DNA of 64,000 nucleotides from a virus: IMG/VR virus record IMGVR_UViG_3300009551_000003, positions 32,001 to 96,000 of that record; one strand, 5' to 3'. Shown piece by piece: positions 35,510 to 45,872 of this stretch (position 1 is its first letter; each line of letters starts with the position of its first letter). The notes under the pieces were generated by a model. It saw only the letters and a program-made list of their open reading frames with translations, ran no database searches and was not told where the DNA came from. The position numbers and the translations under genes were made by a program.

Positions 35510-36415
35510 ATGGCGTCCTCTGTCTTCTCAGTACAAGATGAAACCGGCACCGTCTATCAATTGACGGCGGACGTTGCGCCAGCGCTACCCGTCGCTGTAG
35601 GCGATACAGGAAACTATGTCGGGCAGCCTGATGATGGCACGGATGGCTTCACGCTGCCGGCCTCCGTGACGAGCGGCTTTCAGGTCACTCAGGTCTTCAC
35701 TTCAACTCAGTTCTCAATCCGCACGCTGATCCAGAGCGGCGCTGACTGGCCTCGGTCTGGCACTGTCACGTGGCTCACGGGTGCGAACGCGACCGTCAAC
35801 ACGACGATCGTCGAAATCGATCCTGCCAATGCGTATATCGATACTGTATTCTACAAGAAGTATTTCGCGAGCCGGGGTATCGACACTGGCACGCCCACGA
35901 AAGCCGCCTTGTGCGGCGCGATCGTTACGGCAACCGACTATCTCAATCAGAAGTACCGATACCGTGGCATCAAACTTGTGCAGCGTGTCGGACAGGATTT
36001 CTCAGATGCCAACGCGGTTTTCCTTGAGCCGTGGCTCACGCCGTATGCGCTCAACGGTCTCGCGATCCTGACGCCCTCGACCACACCGCAGGCTACAGAA
36101 TTTCCTCGACAAGGCGTCGTCGATAACAACGGTGACACGGTCAACGGAATCCCACTGGTGCTAAAGATGGCGTGTGCCGAACTTTCTTTTCGCGTGCTAA
36201 ACGGAGTCAAGCTTCAGGCTGACTTTGACACATCTCTCGGCGGCCAAGGCGGCGTCGTTTCCTCGATCACCGAAGAGATCGGCCCTATCAAAACCACCAC
36301 CGCTTACGATACGAAGCTCGGACTTGGGTTCTTCGCGTCGTTCCCGCAAATTGATCGAATGCTCAGCAAAGCCGGGCTCCTCGTGTCCAATAGCGGTCGG
36401 ACTGTGATGCGGTAA
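35510..36415 (+). CDS. head-tail adaptor
   Basis: ANAY, ATDYL, Q..EFPR, IP..LK.A.AEL motifs. Confidence 0.75.
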   Translation: MASSVFSVQDETGTVYQLTADVAPALPVAVGDTGNYVGQPDDGTDGFTLPASVTSGFQVTQVFTSTQFSIRTLIQSGADWPRSGTVTWLTGANATVNTTIVEIDPANAYIDTVFYKKYFASRGIDTGTPTKAALCGAIVTATDYLNQKYRYRGIKLVQRVGQDFSDANAVFLEPWLTPYALNGLAILTPSTTPQATEFPRQGVVDNNGDTVNGIPLVLKMACAELSFRVLNGVKLQADFDTSLGGQGGVVSSITEEIGPIKTTTAYDTKLGLGFFASFPQIDRMLSKAGLLVSNSGRTVMR

Positions 36416-36416
36416 T

Positions 36417-36451
36417 CGCTAGTTGTTCGGGAGCTAAGGTCTAGGTACAAT
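36417..36451 (+). promoter_or_regulatory. CGCTAG-class putative late promoter 4
   Basis: CGCTAG-TTGTTC-N17-TACAAT (overlaps ATG at 36450). Confidence 0.55.
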
Positions 36452-36818
36452 GGCACAGTTTGACTATGCGAGAGTGCGTGGCACCGCCGACAGACTTCTA
36501 CAGAAGTTCGGCATGTCGGCAGTTCTTCGTAGAGAGGGAGTAGCCGACCGCCCCTGTGTTGTGGCGATCATCGATTATCTCCCGCGCGAAAAAGCAAGTA
36601 GCTTGGCGAATCCGACCGATCGGCGCGTGCTGATTTCAGCGGACACTCCCGAGGTGCAGGCGACACCGCCAAACAACGAGCTTGATCAATTGGTGACGTT
36701 CGTCCAACCCCCCTCGGACACGCCAGTCGAGAATGAGGTTCTGCCGTTTCTGGAGCCGATCAAACTGTATTCGCCGGCCGGGGTTCCGGTTCTTTATGAA
36801 GGGCGAGTTCGACAATGA
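36450..36818 (+). CDS. head closure protein
   Basis: FDY....TA.RLL.KFG..; synteny. Confidence 0.7.
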   Translation: MAQFDYARVRGTADRLLQKFGMSAVLRREGVADRPCVVAIIDYLPREKASSLANPTDRRVLISADTPEVQATPPNNELDQLVTFVQPPSDTPVENEVLPFLEPIKLYSPAGVPVLYEGRVRQ

Positions 36819-37321
36819 CGGCGGCAGTTGATCGGCGCGTCCTGATCCTTCAGGAGCTTGAAGCGCTCTTGAGTAATTTGGACATCGAATTGACGACGGG
36901 GCGCATCCCGGCTGGTAACTTCGTCCGTAACCGGAACGCGTTGCCGAAGGAATTAGTCCCGGGAGTAATCCTCATTGACGGAGACGAGGCCCCTGATCCT
37001 CGATTCCGGCAGATGCAGCAAGGACGCCAAGGTGGCATCCCGGCGCAGATCATGAAGATGACTCCAGAAATCTACGTCGTGCTCGACGTGCGCAAGCCGG
37101 CGAACAAGAATGTGGGCGAAGATTTGTCTATCGCGCGAATCGCGATCATGAAAGCGATCTTGGGAGATAAGACGCTTAGCACGATCGTCGGAGCGAACGG
37201 GGACATCACTTACAGCGGATGCGTCACCGATCTGGCCCGCAACCGACAGATGGAAGGCCAGATGGGTATGATCTTCTCGTATTCATACCCATGGCTGCCC
37301 GGCGAGATTATCGAGCTTTAA
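36815..37321 (+). CDS. tail terminator/completion protein
   Basis: Synteny and size. Confidence 0.6.
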   Translation: MTAAVDRRVLILQELEALLSNLDIELTTGRIPAGNFVRNRNALPKELVPGVILIDGDEAPDPRFRQMQQGRQGGIPAQIMKMTPEIYVVLDVRKPANKNVGEDLSIARIAIMKAILGDKTLSTIVGANGDITYSGCVTDLARNRQMEGQMGMIFSYSYPWLPGEIIEL

Positions 37322-37336
37322 CGCGGAGAGACGAAC

Positions 37337-37912
37337 ATGCCGAACCTTGGGAATGAGATCATCGAAGGCTCTCTGCTTTCGCCGAACATCGGCAACTATT
37401 ACATCGGCAAGGGTATCGTCAGCATCAAGTTGCTTGGCGAATCGAAGTACGTCGACTGCGGCAACTGCCCGCAGTTCGAGTTCACCGCGAAGGTAACGCA
37501 ACTGGATCACTACAGTTCGCGAACCGGCGTCCGCGTGAAGGACTTCACGGCGGTTATTGAGATCGCGGGCTCCCTCAACATCGTGCTCGAAGAGTTGACC
37601 GCCCGCAACATGGGCTTCGGTTTGCTTGGGTTGCCTTTCGGCGGACCGTCGCCGGCACCCGACACGATCGATATTTTCTCGAACCCGGTTATTTACGGGT
37701 CAGTGAAATTCCAAGGCACCAACGTCATCGGCCCGGTCTACACGGTGACCTTCCCGCTCGTCAAGCTCTCGCCCTCGAAGGCGCTCGGCTTGATCCAGAA
37801 TCAGTGGGGCACGATTGACCTCGACGGCGACGTGCTGTTCGATCAGGTGCTCCAGAGCTTCGGCACCGCGACTGTCACTCAGCCGACCTCGCCGTCCCAG
37901 CTTCTCGGCTAA
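37337..37912 (+). CDS. major tail (tube) protein
   Basis: NYYIGKG..D.GN.P.FEF......LDHYSSR.G...KD. Confidence 0.85.
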   Translation: MPNLGNEIIEGSLLSPNIGNYYIGKGIVSIKLLGESKYVDCGNCPQFEFTAKVTQLDHYSSRTGVRVKDFTAVIEIAGSLNIVLEELTARNMGFGLLGLPFGGPSPAPDTIDIFSNPVIYGSVKFQGTNVIGPVYTVTFPLVKLSPSKALGLIQNQWGTIDLDGDVLFDQVLQSFGTATVTQPTSPSQLLG

Positions 37913-38009
37913 ACTTCGGCCCGAGACATGGCTTTGATAAACGGCGGCTGCCCCACGGCTGCCGCCGCTACTGTAATACCCCTCCCCAAACCGTAGAAGG
38001 AAGTTCCCC

Positions 38010-38444
38010 ATGACCAATCTCTATGCTCCGACCTCTGATGAAGCCCAGAACGTTCAAGACCCCGGCGCTGACCCGGCCGTAGCCGCCAGTGAGGGGGCGC
38101 CGGAAGTCGCTGCCGAATCACCGGCCGAACCGGAAGCCGCCTCAGAGGCCCCGGGAGCCTCCTCAGAAGCCATTCCGGAACAAGATTATTCAGACGAAGA
38201 CCCGCAGACAGGAGCCCCGGGAAGCCCGGAAGCTCTCACGGCTGCCTCAAAGATCGTCCCGGAAGCTCCGGGAGCCCCGGGCGGCCCAGAAGCCGCTCAG
38301 GACTTCTCCGACCCGGAAGCTGAAGAGGGTGACGGTCGATACGGTCTTCAGGATTTCCATCCCTCCCGTCTCCCTGTAGGGCATCGGCCGCCGCCGGCCG
38401 GACCCGTAGAGATCGACTACAGCAACGACGATAGCAAGGCCTGA
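38010..38444 (+). CDS. acidic low-complexity protein
   Basis: EAPGA repeats, AAGGAAG RBS. Confidence 0.6.
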   Translation: MTNLYAPTSDEAQNVQDPGADPAVAASEGAPEVAAESPAEPEAASEAPGASSEAIPEQDYSDEDPQTGAPGSPEALTAASKIVPEAPGAPGGPEAAQDFSDPEAEEGDGRYGLQDFHPSRLPVGHRPPPAGPVEIDYSNDDSKA

Positions 38445-38493
38445 TCGGAATCCCCCTGTCAGGCGTCCCCCACTGCCCAAGGAAACTAATCGA

Positions 38494-38952
38494 ATGTCAA
38501 GTCAAGGTTTGAGCCTCCGCGATATCGCGAAGCTCCACGAAGATGTCAAGATCGGCGATGCCGAGGATCAGTTCGTTCGCGTCAACGGGCTTTCAGCCCA
38601 AGTTGCTCTTGCAATTTTGAATCGTTATCCAGCCGTGCTCGGTAAAGCACTGGAGGGAGAAGGTTTCAAGTTCGCGGACGCCATCAAAGCGGCGCCGGAA
38701 GTTCTTTCGTCGATCATCGTCGCCGGCACAGGCGGCAAGTTTGATGACGAAGAGGCCCTTGAAGACGCGAGCGCGCTCCCTCTTGAAGTCCAGATGGACG
38801 TTCTCGAAGCCATTGGGAGGCTGACCTTCAGGAGTGGGTTCGGCCCTTTCGTTCGGAGAATCGTGGCGCTCGCCGAAGCCGCCCAGCGCGGCGGAAACGA
38901 CACCTATGGAAGGGTCCCGGATATGAAATCGCCGCAGGAATATCACTCCTGA
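38494..38952 (+). CDS. tail assembly chaperone (G)
   Basis: Between tube and tape measure; slippery heptamer C CCT TTC at 38844-38850. Confidence 0.8.
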   Translation: MSSQGLSLRDIAKLHEDVKIGDAEDQFVRVNGLSAQVALAILNRYPAVLGKALEGEGFKFADAIKAAPEVLSSIIVAGTGGKFDDEEALEDASALPLEVQMDVLEAIGRLTFRSGFGPFVRRIVALAEAAQRGGNDTYGRVPDMKSPQEYHS

Positions 38953-39143
38953 TTTCCAAGGGACACGATTCGGAAAAAGTCTGGGACTACACACCTCGCA
39001 TGATCGCGGCGTATTGTTTTCTACTCTCGCGGCAGCAAGACATGGACAGTCATCGGCTTGTTGGAATCAGTGTCATGGCTCAGGCATCCGGTGACAAGGA
39101 AGTCAAGGATCAGCTTGATCTTTGGGAGGATGAAGCCGAATGA
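38844..39143 (+). CDS. tail assembly chaperone -1 frameshift extension (T part of GT)
   Basis: -1 frame open from heptamer to TGA 39143; LISKGH..VWDYTPR. Confidence 0.7.
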   Translation, partial: PFRSENRGARRSRPARRKRHLWKGPGYEIAAGISLLISKGHDSEKVWDYTPRMIAAYCFLLSRQQDMDSHRLVGISVMAQASGDKEVKDQLDLWEDEAE

Positions 39144-39664
39144 CCCTCGAACTAACACTCACAATTGACGCGGCGAAATTCAAGAACGATATCGACGCTG
39201 CGGCCGAGGGGTTCGATTCGGCTTTGAGCGCTACGAAGAACATCATCGCCTCCATGATCCTCGATCAGAGCACGACGGACATCAGTAACGCGGGGAAGTT
39301 CGGCGAAAATTATTTGACCGGACTGAAAGTCACAGTAGACGGAGATCAGATCACCACTACACTTGATTCTCCCGGGGCGAGTATCTTTGAAGACGGCGGC
39401 ATCATTACTGGGGACCCTCTTCTCTGGATTGGAATAAGCGGCACTGACGCGGAGGGCGTTCAAGCAAGCGCGTATGGTGATAAACTGTTTTCGGTCAATC
39501 GAAAATCAGGTGGGGCACCGCTTCTATTCTCCATCACTGATAAGCAGCCGAAATACTTCGGCATCTCCAGCGTAACAATCCCCAAGAAATTCCACCTCAA
39601 GGAAATCCAATTGAGCGTGATGGAGAACTTCAAGGCTGTTTTTCAAAGCGCGCTGAAAGACTAA
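39140..39664 (+). CDS. tail completion/neck protein (putative)
   Basis: Synteny; IFEDGG.I.G.PLLWI. Confidence 0.55.
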   Translation: MTLELTLTIDAAKFKNDIDAAAEGFDSALSATKNIIASMILDQSTTDISNAGKFGENYLTGLKVTVDGDQITTTLDSPGASIFEDGGIITGDPLLWIGISGTDAEGVQASAYGDKLFSVNRKSGGAPLLFSITDKQPKYFGISSVTIPKKFHLKEIQLSVMENFKAVFQSALKD

Positions 39665-39665
39665 A

Positions 39666-41981
39666 ATGGCTGAGCTTGATCCACTCGTAGCAAAAATTCT
39701 CCTCAAGGGAGACGACGAATTTCTCAAATCTTTGGAGAACGTCGGCGCGAAAGGCGCTGAGCAAATTGCAAAGCTTGCGGAGGCGGCCGAGCAAGGCGCT
39801 AGTCGTCTTTCAATTCTCGGCGGCGCTGTAGGTATCCTTGAAGTAGCGATCTCCGGCATCACCGCTGCCATGGTCGTATTTATCGAGCAGCAAACGGAAC
39901 TATCCCAGAAAACTCAGTTGCTCGCTAACGCATTCGGCACCACCGCCGGACAGCTTCAAGAGTTGGAGGCAATCTTCACGTCGTCCGGGGTCAAGGTCGA
40001 GCAGTTCGAACGGTTTGCAAACCGGCTCACGATCACGATCGCTCGCGAGTGGCCCGCTATTGCCGAGAGCATCAAGACTTACGCGAATGAGAATGACTCC
40101 GCGACGTTGCGGGTGCAGAATGCTATCTTGCGCGTTCGTGATGCGCAGAACGCGCTAGCTGATAACTCGGCGGAGAGGTCAGCGCGTTCGGCAAAGGACA
40201 ATGACGCTCTCGAACAGTCGTGGATCAAGCTAAAATTCGCTGCCCAGAATGCAGCGTCCGAACAGAAGGGCGCGCTTCTGAGCGTGCAGTCGGCAGCGCT
40301 CGGAGTGTTGTCGGCCGAGCAACGTCTCGCCGAACTACAGGGCAACCCGCCTTCGGCAGCCGCGAAACAGGGCCTCGCTATCCAGCAAGCACAATTGGCA
40401 GTCGATCAGGCACGCAAGGCAGCGGCCGACGCTGTTATCGCGCAACAAGAGAAGGCCGCTAGTGCTGCGCTCAAGAAGGCGCAAGCCGAACAGGCATATG
40501 ATGACCTCGCTCGCAAAGCCGCCAAGAATGCGCGCGACGACGCAGAGCAACGTCAGAAAGACGAGAATAGCGTCAAGGAAGCTATCATTGCGCGTGGTGA
40601 GGCAGAAGAGAAAGCCGCTAAGTTTGCATTGACCAACATTGGGAGTGTTAAACAAGCGCTCGACGGGGTCGCCAATAATAACAAATCGGCAGCTACAGCA
40701 ATCGATCTTACTGCGGTATCCGTTGAGAACCTGACAAAGGGAATCATCGCGCAGGCTAAAGAGCAGGCCAAAGGTGTCTCTCCGACAGGATATGAGACCC
40801 TGCGGACAATTTCCAATCTGCTTGCGAAAGATACTGATCATCTGATCAATAATCAGCAACGGTTGGCGATCGTCAATAAGCTCGCCGGAACTTCGATGCA
40901 AGCTCTCGGTGTGTCGGCGTCCGAAATCCTTGACGTTATCGAGAACGACAGCAAGGCGATCGAAGGTCTGAAAGACAAGATCAGTGGCCTCGATAAGAAC
41001 GTCCCACCTCCGGCCATCAAAGAATTTCGTGGCGCACTGGCAGGCCTTAACCTTGAGATCAGTCAGTTGTCGCAGGCGTTCGCTGCGGCGGTAGCTCCGG
41101 TCTTCACTGAGTTTTTGAAGGCCATGTTGGCAAGCCTCAAGGACAGCGATGGTGTCCTGCATATTTTCATTGAAGGCCTGAAGGCTTTCGGAACCGCCAT
41201 CAAGGGCATCATCATCGTTATCGGGCAGATGAAAGAAGCGCTCGCGGAGATGCTGGGGCAAGTTGACAAGGCTTTCAGTCTTGAGAAGGGGACTACGTTC
41301 AAGCTTCTCGTTATAGCCATCGCGACAGCTATCGGTTACATCGCTCCGGCACTCGTCGCGATCCCAGTCCTGATCGGGCTGATCATTACCGCGATGGGCA
41401 GCCTGTCCGAACTAACTAAAAAGGCTTTCGAATCGCTCAAAGATAATTCAGTTACGCGATTCTGGGAGCGGCTGCTGGACGTTATTGCCAAGGTCAAGAA
41501 CCTGATTAGCGGAAACGGATGGAAAGGTGCAGATACCGGCAGCAGTGGTGATACGCCGCACGGTTCGCGTGACAATTCCAGCGGACAGGATGATCCGCTA
41601 GGCGTCGGTACGCGCGGATATGCCGGCGGCGGTCTTGTCAGGGGTCCCGGCACGCCGACAAGCGACAGTGTCCCTATTCGGGCATCGCGTGACGAGTATG
41701 TTACGAACGCGAAAGCAGTCGCGCATTACGGCGTGGACTTCTTCCATGCCTTGAACAACATGACGATCCCCGGGTTCGCAGCCGGCGGCCTTGTCGGTGT
41801 TCCCACTCGCATGGGCGGAAGCACTGGCCCAGTACAGGCTTCTCGCACACTTAATCTCACGATCGACGGTCGCACATTCAGTGGCTTCCGTGGGCCGGCG
41901 AATGTTGTGGACAGCCTCGCCAGCTACGCCGTCGCTCGCCAGACCTCTTCCACAGGTCGTCAGCCTTCGTGGGTTAAGTGA
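39666..41981 (+). CDS. tape measure protein
   Basis: 771-aa Ala-rich helical protein, hydrophobic segment, C-terminal YAGGG.V.GPGT.TSDS. Confidence 0.9.
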   Translation: MAELDPLVAKILLKGDDEFLKSLENVGAKGAEQIAKLAEAAEQGASRLSILGGAVGILEVAISGITAAMVVFIEQQTELSQKTQLLANAFGTTAGQLQELEAIFTSSGVKVEQFERFANRLTITIAREWPAIAESIKTYANENDSATLRVQNAILRVRDAQNALADNSAERSARSAKDNDALEQSWIKLKFAAQNAASEQKGALLSVQSAALGVLSAEQRLAELQGNPPSAAAKQGLAIQQAQLAVDQARKAAADAVIAQQEKAASAALKKAQAEQAYDDLARKAAKNARDDAEQRQKDENSVKEAIIARGEAEEKAAKFALTNIGSVKQALDGVANNNKSAATAIDLTAVSVENLTKGIIAQAKEQAKGVSPTGYETLRTISNLLAKDTDHLINNQQRLAIVNKLAGTSMQALGVSASEILDVIENDSKAIEGLKDKISGLDKNVPPPAIKEFRGALAGLNLEISQLSQAFAAAVAPVFTEFLKAMLASLKDSDGVLHIFIEGLKAFGTAIKGIIIVIGQMKEALAEMLGQVDKAFSLEKGTTFKLLVIAIATAIGYIAPALVAIPVLIGLIITAMGSLSELTKKAFESLKDNSVTRFWERLLDVIAKVKNLISGNGWKGADTGSSGDTPHGSRDNSSGQDDPLGVGTRGYAGGGLVRGPGTPTSDSVPIRASRDEYVTNAKAVAHYGVDFFHALNNMTIPGFAAGGLVGVPTRMGGSTGPVQASRTLNLTIDGRTFSGFRGPANVVDSLASYAVARQTSSTGRQPSWVK

Positions 41982-41982
41982 G

Positions 41983-42579
41983 ATGAAAGATAAACTCGGC
42001 CACGGCAGTAATCCGAGAGGTGTGACGCAGGGCATCAACGGGAGCCATTTGCCGGTATGGTATCATGGTTCGCCAACCGGCAAGCCACATTCAAAAGGTC
42101 CAATTCATCTAGGCACGCTAAGAGCCGCGAGAGAGGCTCTTGAATCGCGCATCGGAATCCCCGCAGATGGAAAAGGCTGGCGAGGAAAATCGGAGTACGG
42201 GAAGACTTTGCTAGCTGGACAGGACACCATGAATGAATTTGCGAAACCCGGGCATTACTACACCCCGAGTGTCCAGACTGGATTCAACGCCGATGCTCCG
42301 GACAAAAATTATTATCCAGAACCGGGCGCCGCCCACTTTAGCGATGGCTCTCCTGTCCCGATGAACGCAAAGCCTGACGTTCGCATGTATGAGATCACCG
42401 GAGCGATGGGTAATAGCCCGTCCACCGCCTATTCCGACACAAAAGCAAATGCACTCGCCAAGGCACAAGTGACCCGAGGTCGCGGTGTTCATGGCTTCTA
42501 CTATGAAAACGATGGAGAAGACGCGGGCTCGATCTCCGCCGTAGTGCCAAGTGCCAAGCACCTCAAAGGGCCGGTCTAA
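41983..42579 (+). CDS. MKDxxGHGS-tagged protein 13, ADP-ribosyltransferase-like
   Basis: MKDKLGHGSNPRG; WYHGS, IHLGT..AA, GFYYEN..ED.GS.S. Confidence 0.75.
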   Translation: MKDKLGHGSNPRGVTQGINGSHLPVWYHGSPTGKPHSKGPIHLGTLRAAREALESRIGIPADGKGWRGKSEYGKTLLAGQDTMNEFAKPGHYYTPSVQTGFNADAPDKNYYPEPGAAHFSDGSPVPMNAKPDVRMYEITGAMGNSPSTAYSDTKANALAKAQVTRGRGVHGFYYENDGEDAGSISAVVPSAKHLKGPV

Positions 42580-43052
42580 TGACGTTCTCTCCGCCACTCG
42601 AAAACGTGCTGCCTGCCGGCGCGGATACCGTGTTGACGATCTCCGGATTCGGCAACATGATCTATCAGGCGCGCAAACTCAATCAGACGCTTGAGCCGAT
42701 CGCCGCCGCATCCCAACTTGAGCGAACGATCTCCGGCAAATATATTGACGTGTCGGCTCCGCAGTTTCAGAAGTATCAAACGAAGATCGTTATCACTGAC
42801 GAGGTTGACGCTCCTCCGCTCGACGGCATCTTCCCCGGTATGGAAGTGACTATCCACTGTGCAGTGGAGTTCTGCTATCCGATCGGCCGCGTCGGCTCTC
42901 CCCGGCGCCCTGTAGTGTCCGGCTCCGACTACACTCAGAACGGCTACAATTTTTATCGGCCGTCGCTCCTCATGCTGATCAAGGATGTGCAAGAGAACCT
43001 TGACGAATGGGGCCGTCGAGTCGGATGGACACTAGACGCCGAAGAAGTATGA
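42579..43052 (+). CDS. distal tail protein (putative)
   Basis: Synteny; L.RT.SG...D, W.L..EE. Confidence 0.7.
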   Translation: MTFSPPLENVLPAGADTVLTISGFGNMIYQARKLNQTLEPIAAASQLERTISGKYIDVSAPQFQKYQTKIVITDEVDAPPLDGIFPGMEVTIHCAVEFCYPIGRVGSPRRPVVSGSDYTQNGYNFYRPSLLMLIKDVQENLDEWGRRVGWTLDAEEV

Positions 43053-43053
43053 T

Positions 43054-45615
43054 ATGACTCTCCCGTTCTATTTCTATTGGGCACAAGAAAACCAAACGAC
43101 GTTCGACCCTTCCATCATGGAAGTTCTCGACGAGGACATTGTCTCGTTCAAAATCAACCACGAGGAGGGACAAGTCCCGACCTTCGATATCACGATTCGG
43201 AATCCTCGTGTCGGCCTCCTCGCGCCGGGCCGCAGACAGTGGGTATGGTTTGCGTGGGACAACAATGGCACGACCGTCCCGCTGTTCTTCGGAGTGCTCG
43301 TCGGCATCCCTACCAATATGTTCAAGGAATTGGTGACGCTGCAATTCATCGCGCGCAGCCACACCTTCATCGCCGACAAGCAAGCGGTCGCCGAAACCAT
43401 GAAGGTTACGCCGTACTTCGATCCGATCTGGCTCGATCAGCGGCACCGCGATGATCCGGATTCGATCCTCGAAGGTTGGTCCGCGCTCTGGCACATCGAT
43501 CGCACGACACTCGCTATCAGCGCCTCGGATATCCTTGTGGGCGAGGATGGCACAGTAGACTTCTTCGAGGACGACGCGTTCTACGACAGCGTGGCGATGG
43601 AGATCGGTCAACCTCCGCTTGTCAATCTTCGTATCCAAGCATCGGTCAATTGGACTCAACGGACGTCAGGGTTCTTTGACGTGCCGACTGTCAACGTCAC
43701 GAGTTATACCGGCGACACTTTCATGGGCGATTGGCCGAAGCCCGGCGCTGGTATCGGCGGCGGCTACAAGGTAGAGAGTAGCTTCGTTACTGACATCTTC
43801 CATGTGGGCCAGACGCCGACCACCAACTTCCAATCGTCGTGGACTAACACTGATCCTAATCCGGGTCAGTGCTCCAACGCGTCGGCCTCCTCGCAGTCAT
43901 CCGGTCCCGCGCTGCTCTCGCCTAACCCGCTATCATGTATTCTAACAGAGTATCTTCAGACCGGCATTTGTTTCCCGGACAGTGATCCTCCCGAGAACCG
44001 GCCGGCTCAGGTTTCTGTCACTGGCATGATCGTGCCGTGTTGGTTCGTCACGGGCGATATGACGATCCGGTATGACATGAGCCGGGCGTATTCCGAATTG
44101 CTTTCGTTCGACATGATCGCGAACGTACAGGGCATCCTCGCGTCGCCAACCGTCGATCAGGATACTGAGTTGATCACCATCCAGTCGGTCGATCTCGGCA
44201 AGCCGCTGATCAACGTGAAGGCGTGGACTGATTTTGCCAACAGCAGCGTCAGCGTCCCGCAGATCATCTTTCCGAACAACCCGACGAAGCCGGGCGGTCT
44301 TGCATATCAGATTTGCGTGCAAGGCGGCACGGCTGGCGCGGTCGAACCGACCTTCAGCGACATCCCCGGCACGGTCACAGTTGACAACGGCGTGCTCTGG
44401 GCGAGTTTGGGAGATTCAGGTCTCACGGACGCGCCGCATTGGGCTCCGGGCGAGGGCGTCCCGGTCGGACAGGTCGTGCTGATCACGAATCAGGTCTTCA
44501 ACGTCAACACGGGAAATCTTGAGGACGTGCCGGGCCAAACCTCGTACTATATGTGCGTCCGAGGTGGATATACAAACGGCGTCTTTGACACGTTCACTTA
44601 TGTCCCGCCGGTCACGTCGAATGACGAACCGACGCCGGCCCCGCGCACGGTCTCGATCATCAATCAACCGACGTTCTCGACGGCCGGGGGCCAGATCATC
44701 AATGACGGCTCAGTCGAGTGGTTGGTCCTCGGCGTGAGTCCTTCAGGGTTCGGTATTCCGATCGGCGGCACACCGAGCGATGTCCGGGCCAACCACTTTT
44801 TTGACACGGCTCGCGGCCGTATCGCCGTCGAGTATCTGCTCTGCAAAGGCCGGGCGCGGCTCCGCTATCGTTCGCGCGCCGTCACGATCAAGTGGGAGAG
44901 CCCATTCGCGCTCGTCGTCGGGATGTCGTGCCGCAAGAATGCGACATTGTTCGATCCTCGACTCCCCGGAGGCGCCGCGACTGGCAAGGTCATTGCGTAC
45001 AGTCTGGAGTGCGACGGTCCGAGCGGCAAACTGAGGGGCAGCGTCAAGATCGGCGTAGCGATCGGCTTCGGCGATAGCGTCGCGGCCGTCACCGGAACGC
45101 CGGTCTATGCCAGCGCCGGCTATGCACAAGCCGGCTGGCAGGAATATGAAGGGCAGACGATCGTTCCGGCCAGCAACGATCTCAGCTACACTCCGCCCCG
45201 TTTCACGCCGTATGACGACGGATTGGTTGCGCCGCTTACATGGAAACAAGTGAGCGATGGTGGCGTTTTCAGCAACACACTTGAATTGCAAAAGGCCGCG
45301 ATCATAAAATCGTTCGGGATCGCACAACAGCTTCAGTTCGCCCAGATGTGGGCCGGGAAGACTCTTTCGACTACAGACAATCCGAGCAACGTTCAATCTG
45401 GCATCTCGCCTTCCTATGCGTGGGCGCTCGAAGAACAACAACTTGCTCTCGCATCGCAGGATACGCCCTACGTGATGGAAGCCAATTCGATTTCATGGAC
45501 CGCGCTGTTCAAGCCGTGCGCTAACAACGGACCATTCGAAGGATCGTATGTGATCATTGTATCGCCGCTCGTGATCGAGCAAGGCATCAACTTGGAAGCG
45601 CCGTCTTCCCCGTAA
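43054..45615 (+). CDS. tail tip/hub protein
   Basis: 853 aa after distal tail protein; internal G...EPT(F/W)...DN.V.W modules. Confidence 0.75.
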   Translation: MTLPFYFYWAQENQTTFDPSIMEVLDEDIVSFKINHEEGQVPTFDITIRNPRVGLLAPGRRQWVWFAWDNNGTTVPLFFGVLVGIPTNMFKELVTLQFIARSHTFIADKQAVAETMKVTPYFDPIWLDQRHRDDPDSILEGWSALWHIDRTTLAISASDILVGEDGTVDFFEDDAFYDSVAMEIGQPPLVNLRIQASVNWTQRTSGFFDVPTVNVTSYTGDTFMGDWPKPGAGIGGGYKVESSFVTDIFHVGQTPTTNFQSSWTNTDPNPGQCSNASASSQSSGPALLSPNPLSCILTEYLQTGICFPDSDPPENRPAQVSVTGMIVPCWFVTGDMTIRYDMSRAYSELLSFDMIANVQGILASPTVDQDTELITIQSVDLGKPLINVKAWTDFANSSVSVPQIIFPNNPTKPGGLAYQICVQGGTAGAVEPTFSDIPGTVTVDNGVLWASLGDSGLTDAPHWAPGEGVPVGQVVLITNQVFNVNTGNLEDVPGQTSYYMCVRGGYTNGVFDTFTYVPPVTSNDEPTPAPRTVSIINQPTFSTAGGQIINDGSVEWLVLGVSPSGFGIPIGGTPSDVRANHFFDTARGRIAVEYLLCKGRARLRYRSRAVTIKWESPFALVVGMSCRKNATLFDPRLPGGAATGKVIAYSLECDGPSGKLRGSVKIGVAIGFGDSVAAVTGTPVYASAGYAQAGWQEYEGQTIVPASNDLSYTPPRFTPYDDGLVAPLTWKQVSDGGVFSNTLELQKAAIIKSFGIAQQLQFAQMWAGKTLSTTDNPSNVQSGISPSYAWALEEQQLALASQDTPYVMEANSISWTALFKPCANNGPFEGSYVIIVSPLVIEQGINLEAPSSP

Positions 45616-45632
45616 GAGTGAGATAATAGAAT

Positions 45633-45869
45633 ATGGCAGGCATGGAGGGCATGATCCGACCGTTCGTCGGACAAGATGTCACCCCGACGAAAGAGTTCGT
45701 TCCGGGGGGCCAGAGCGCGCCTCCTGTTCGGCTTACCGTGGGCCTGATCGGCGGCACGAAGACGTTCTCCTATAGCGGTAGCTCAACGCTCAGCAACTAC
45801 ATGGCGGCCGTCCACACTGAGAAGGCCTCCGACGCATTTGATATGTCAACTGGCAAGCTGGCGGAATAA
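45633..45869 (+). CDS. small tail protein
   Basis: Synteny. Confidence 0.6.
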   Translation: MAGMEGMIRPFVGQDVTPTKEFVPGGQSAPPVRLTVGLIGGTKTFSYSGSSTLSNYMAAVHTEKASDAFDMSTGKLAE

Positions 45870-45872
45870 AAC

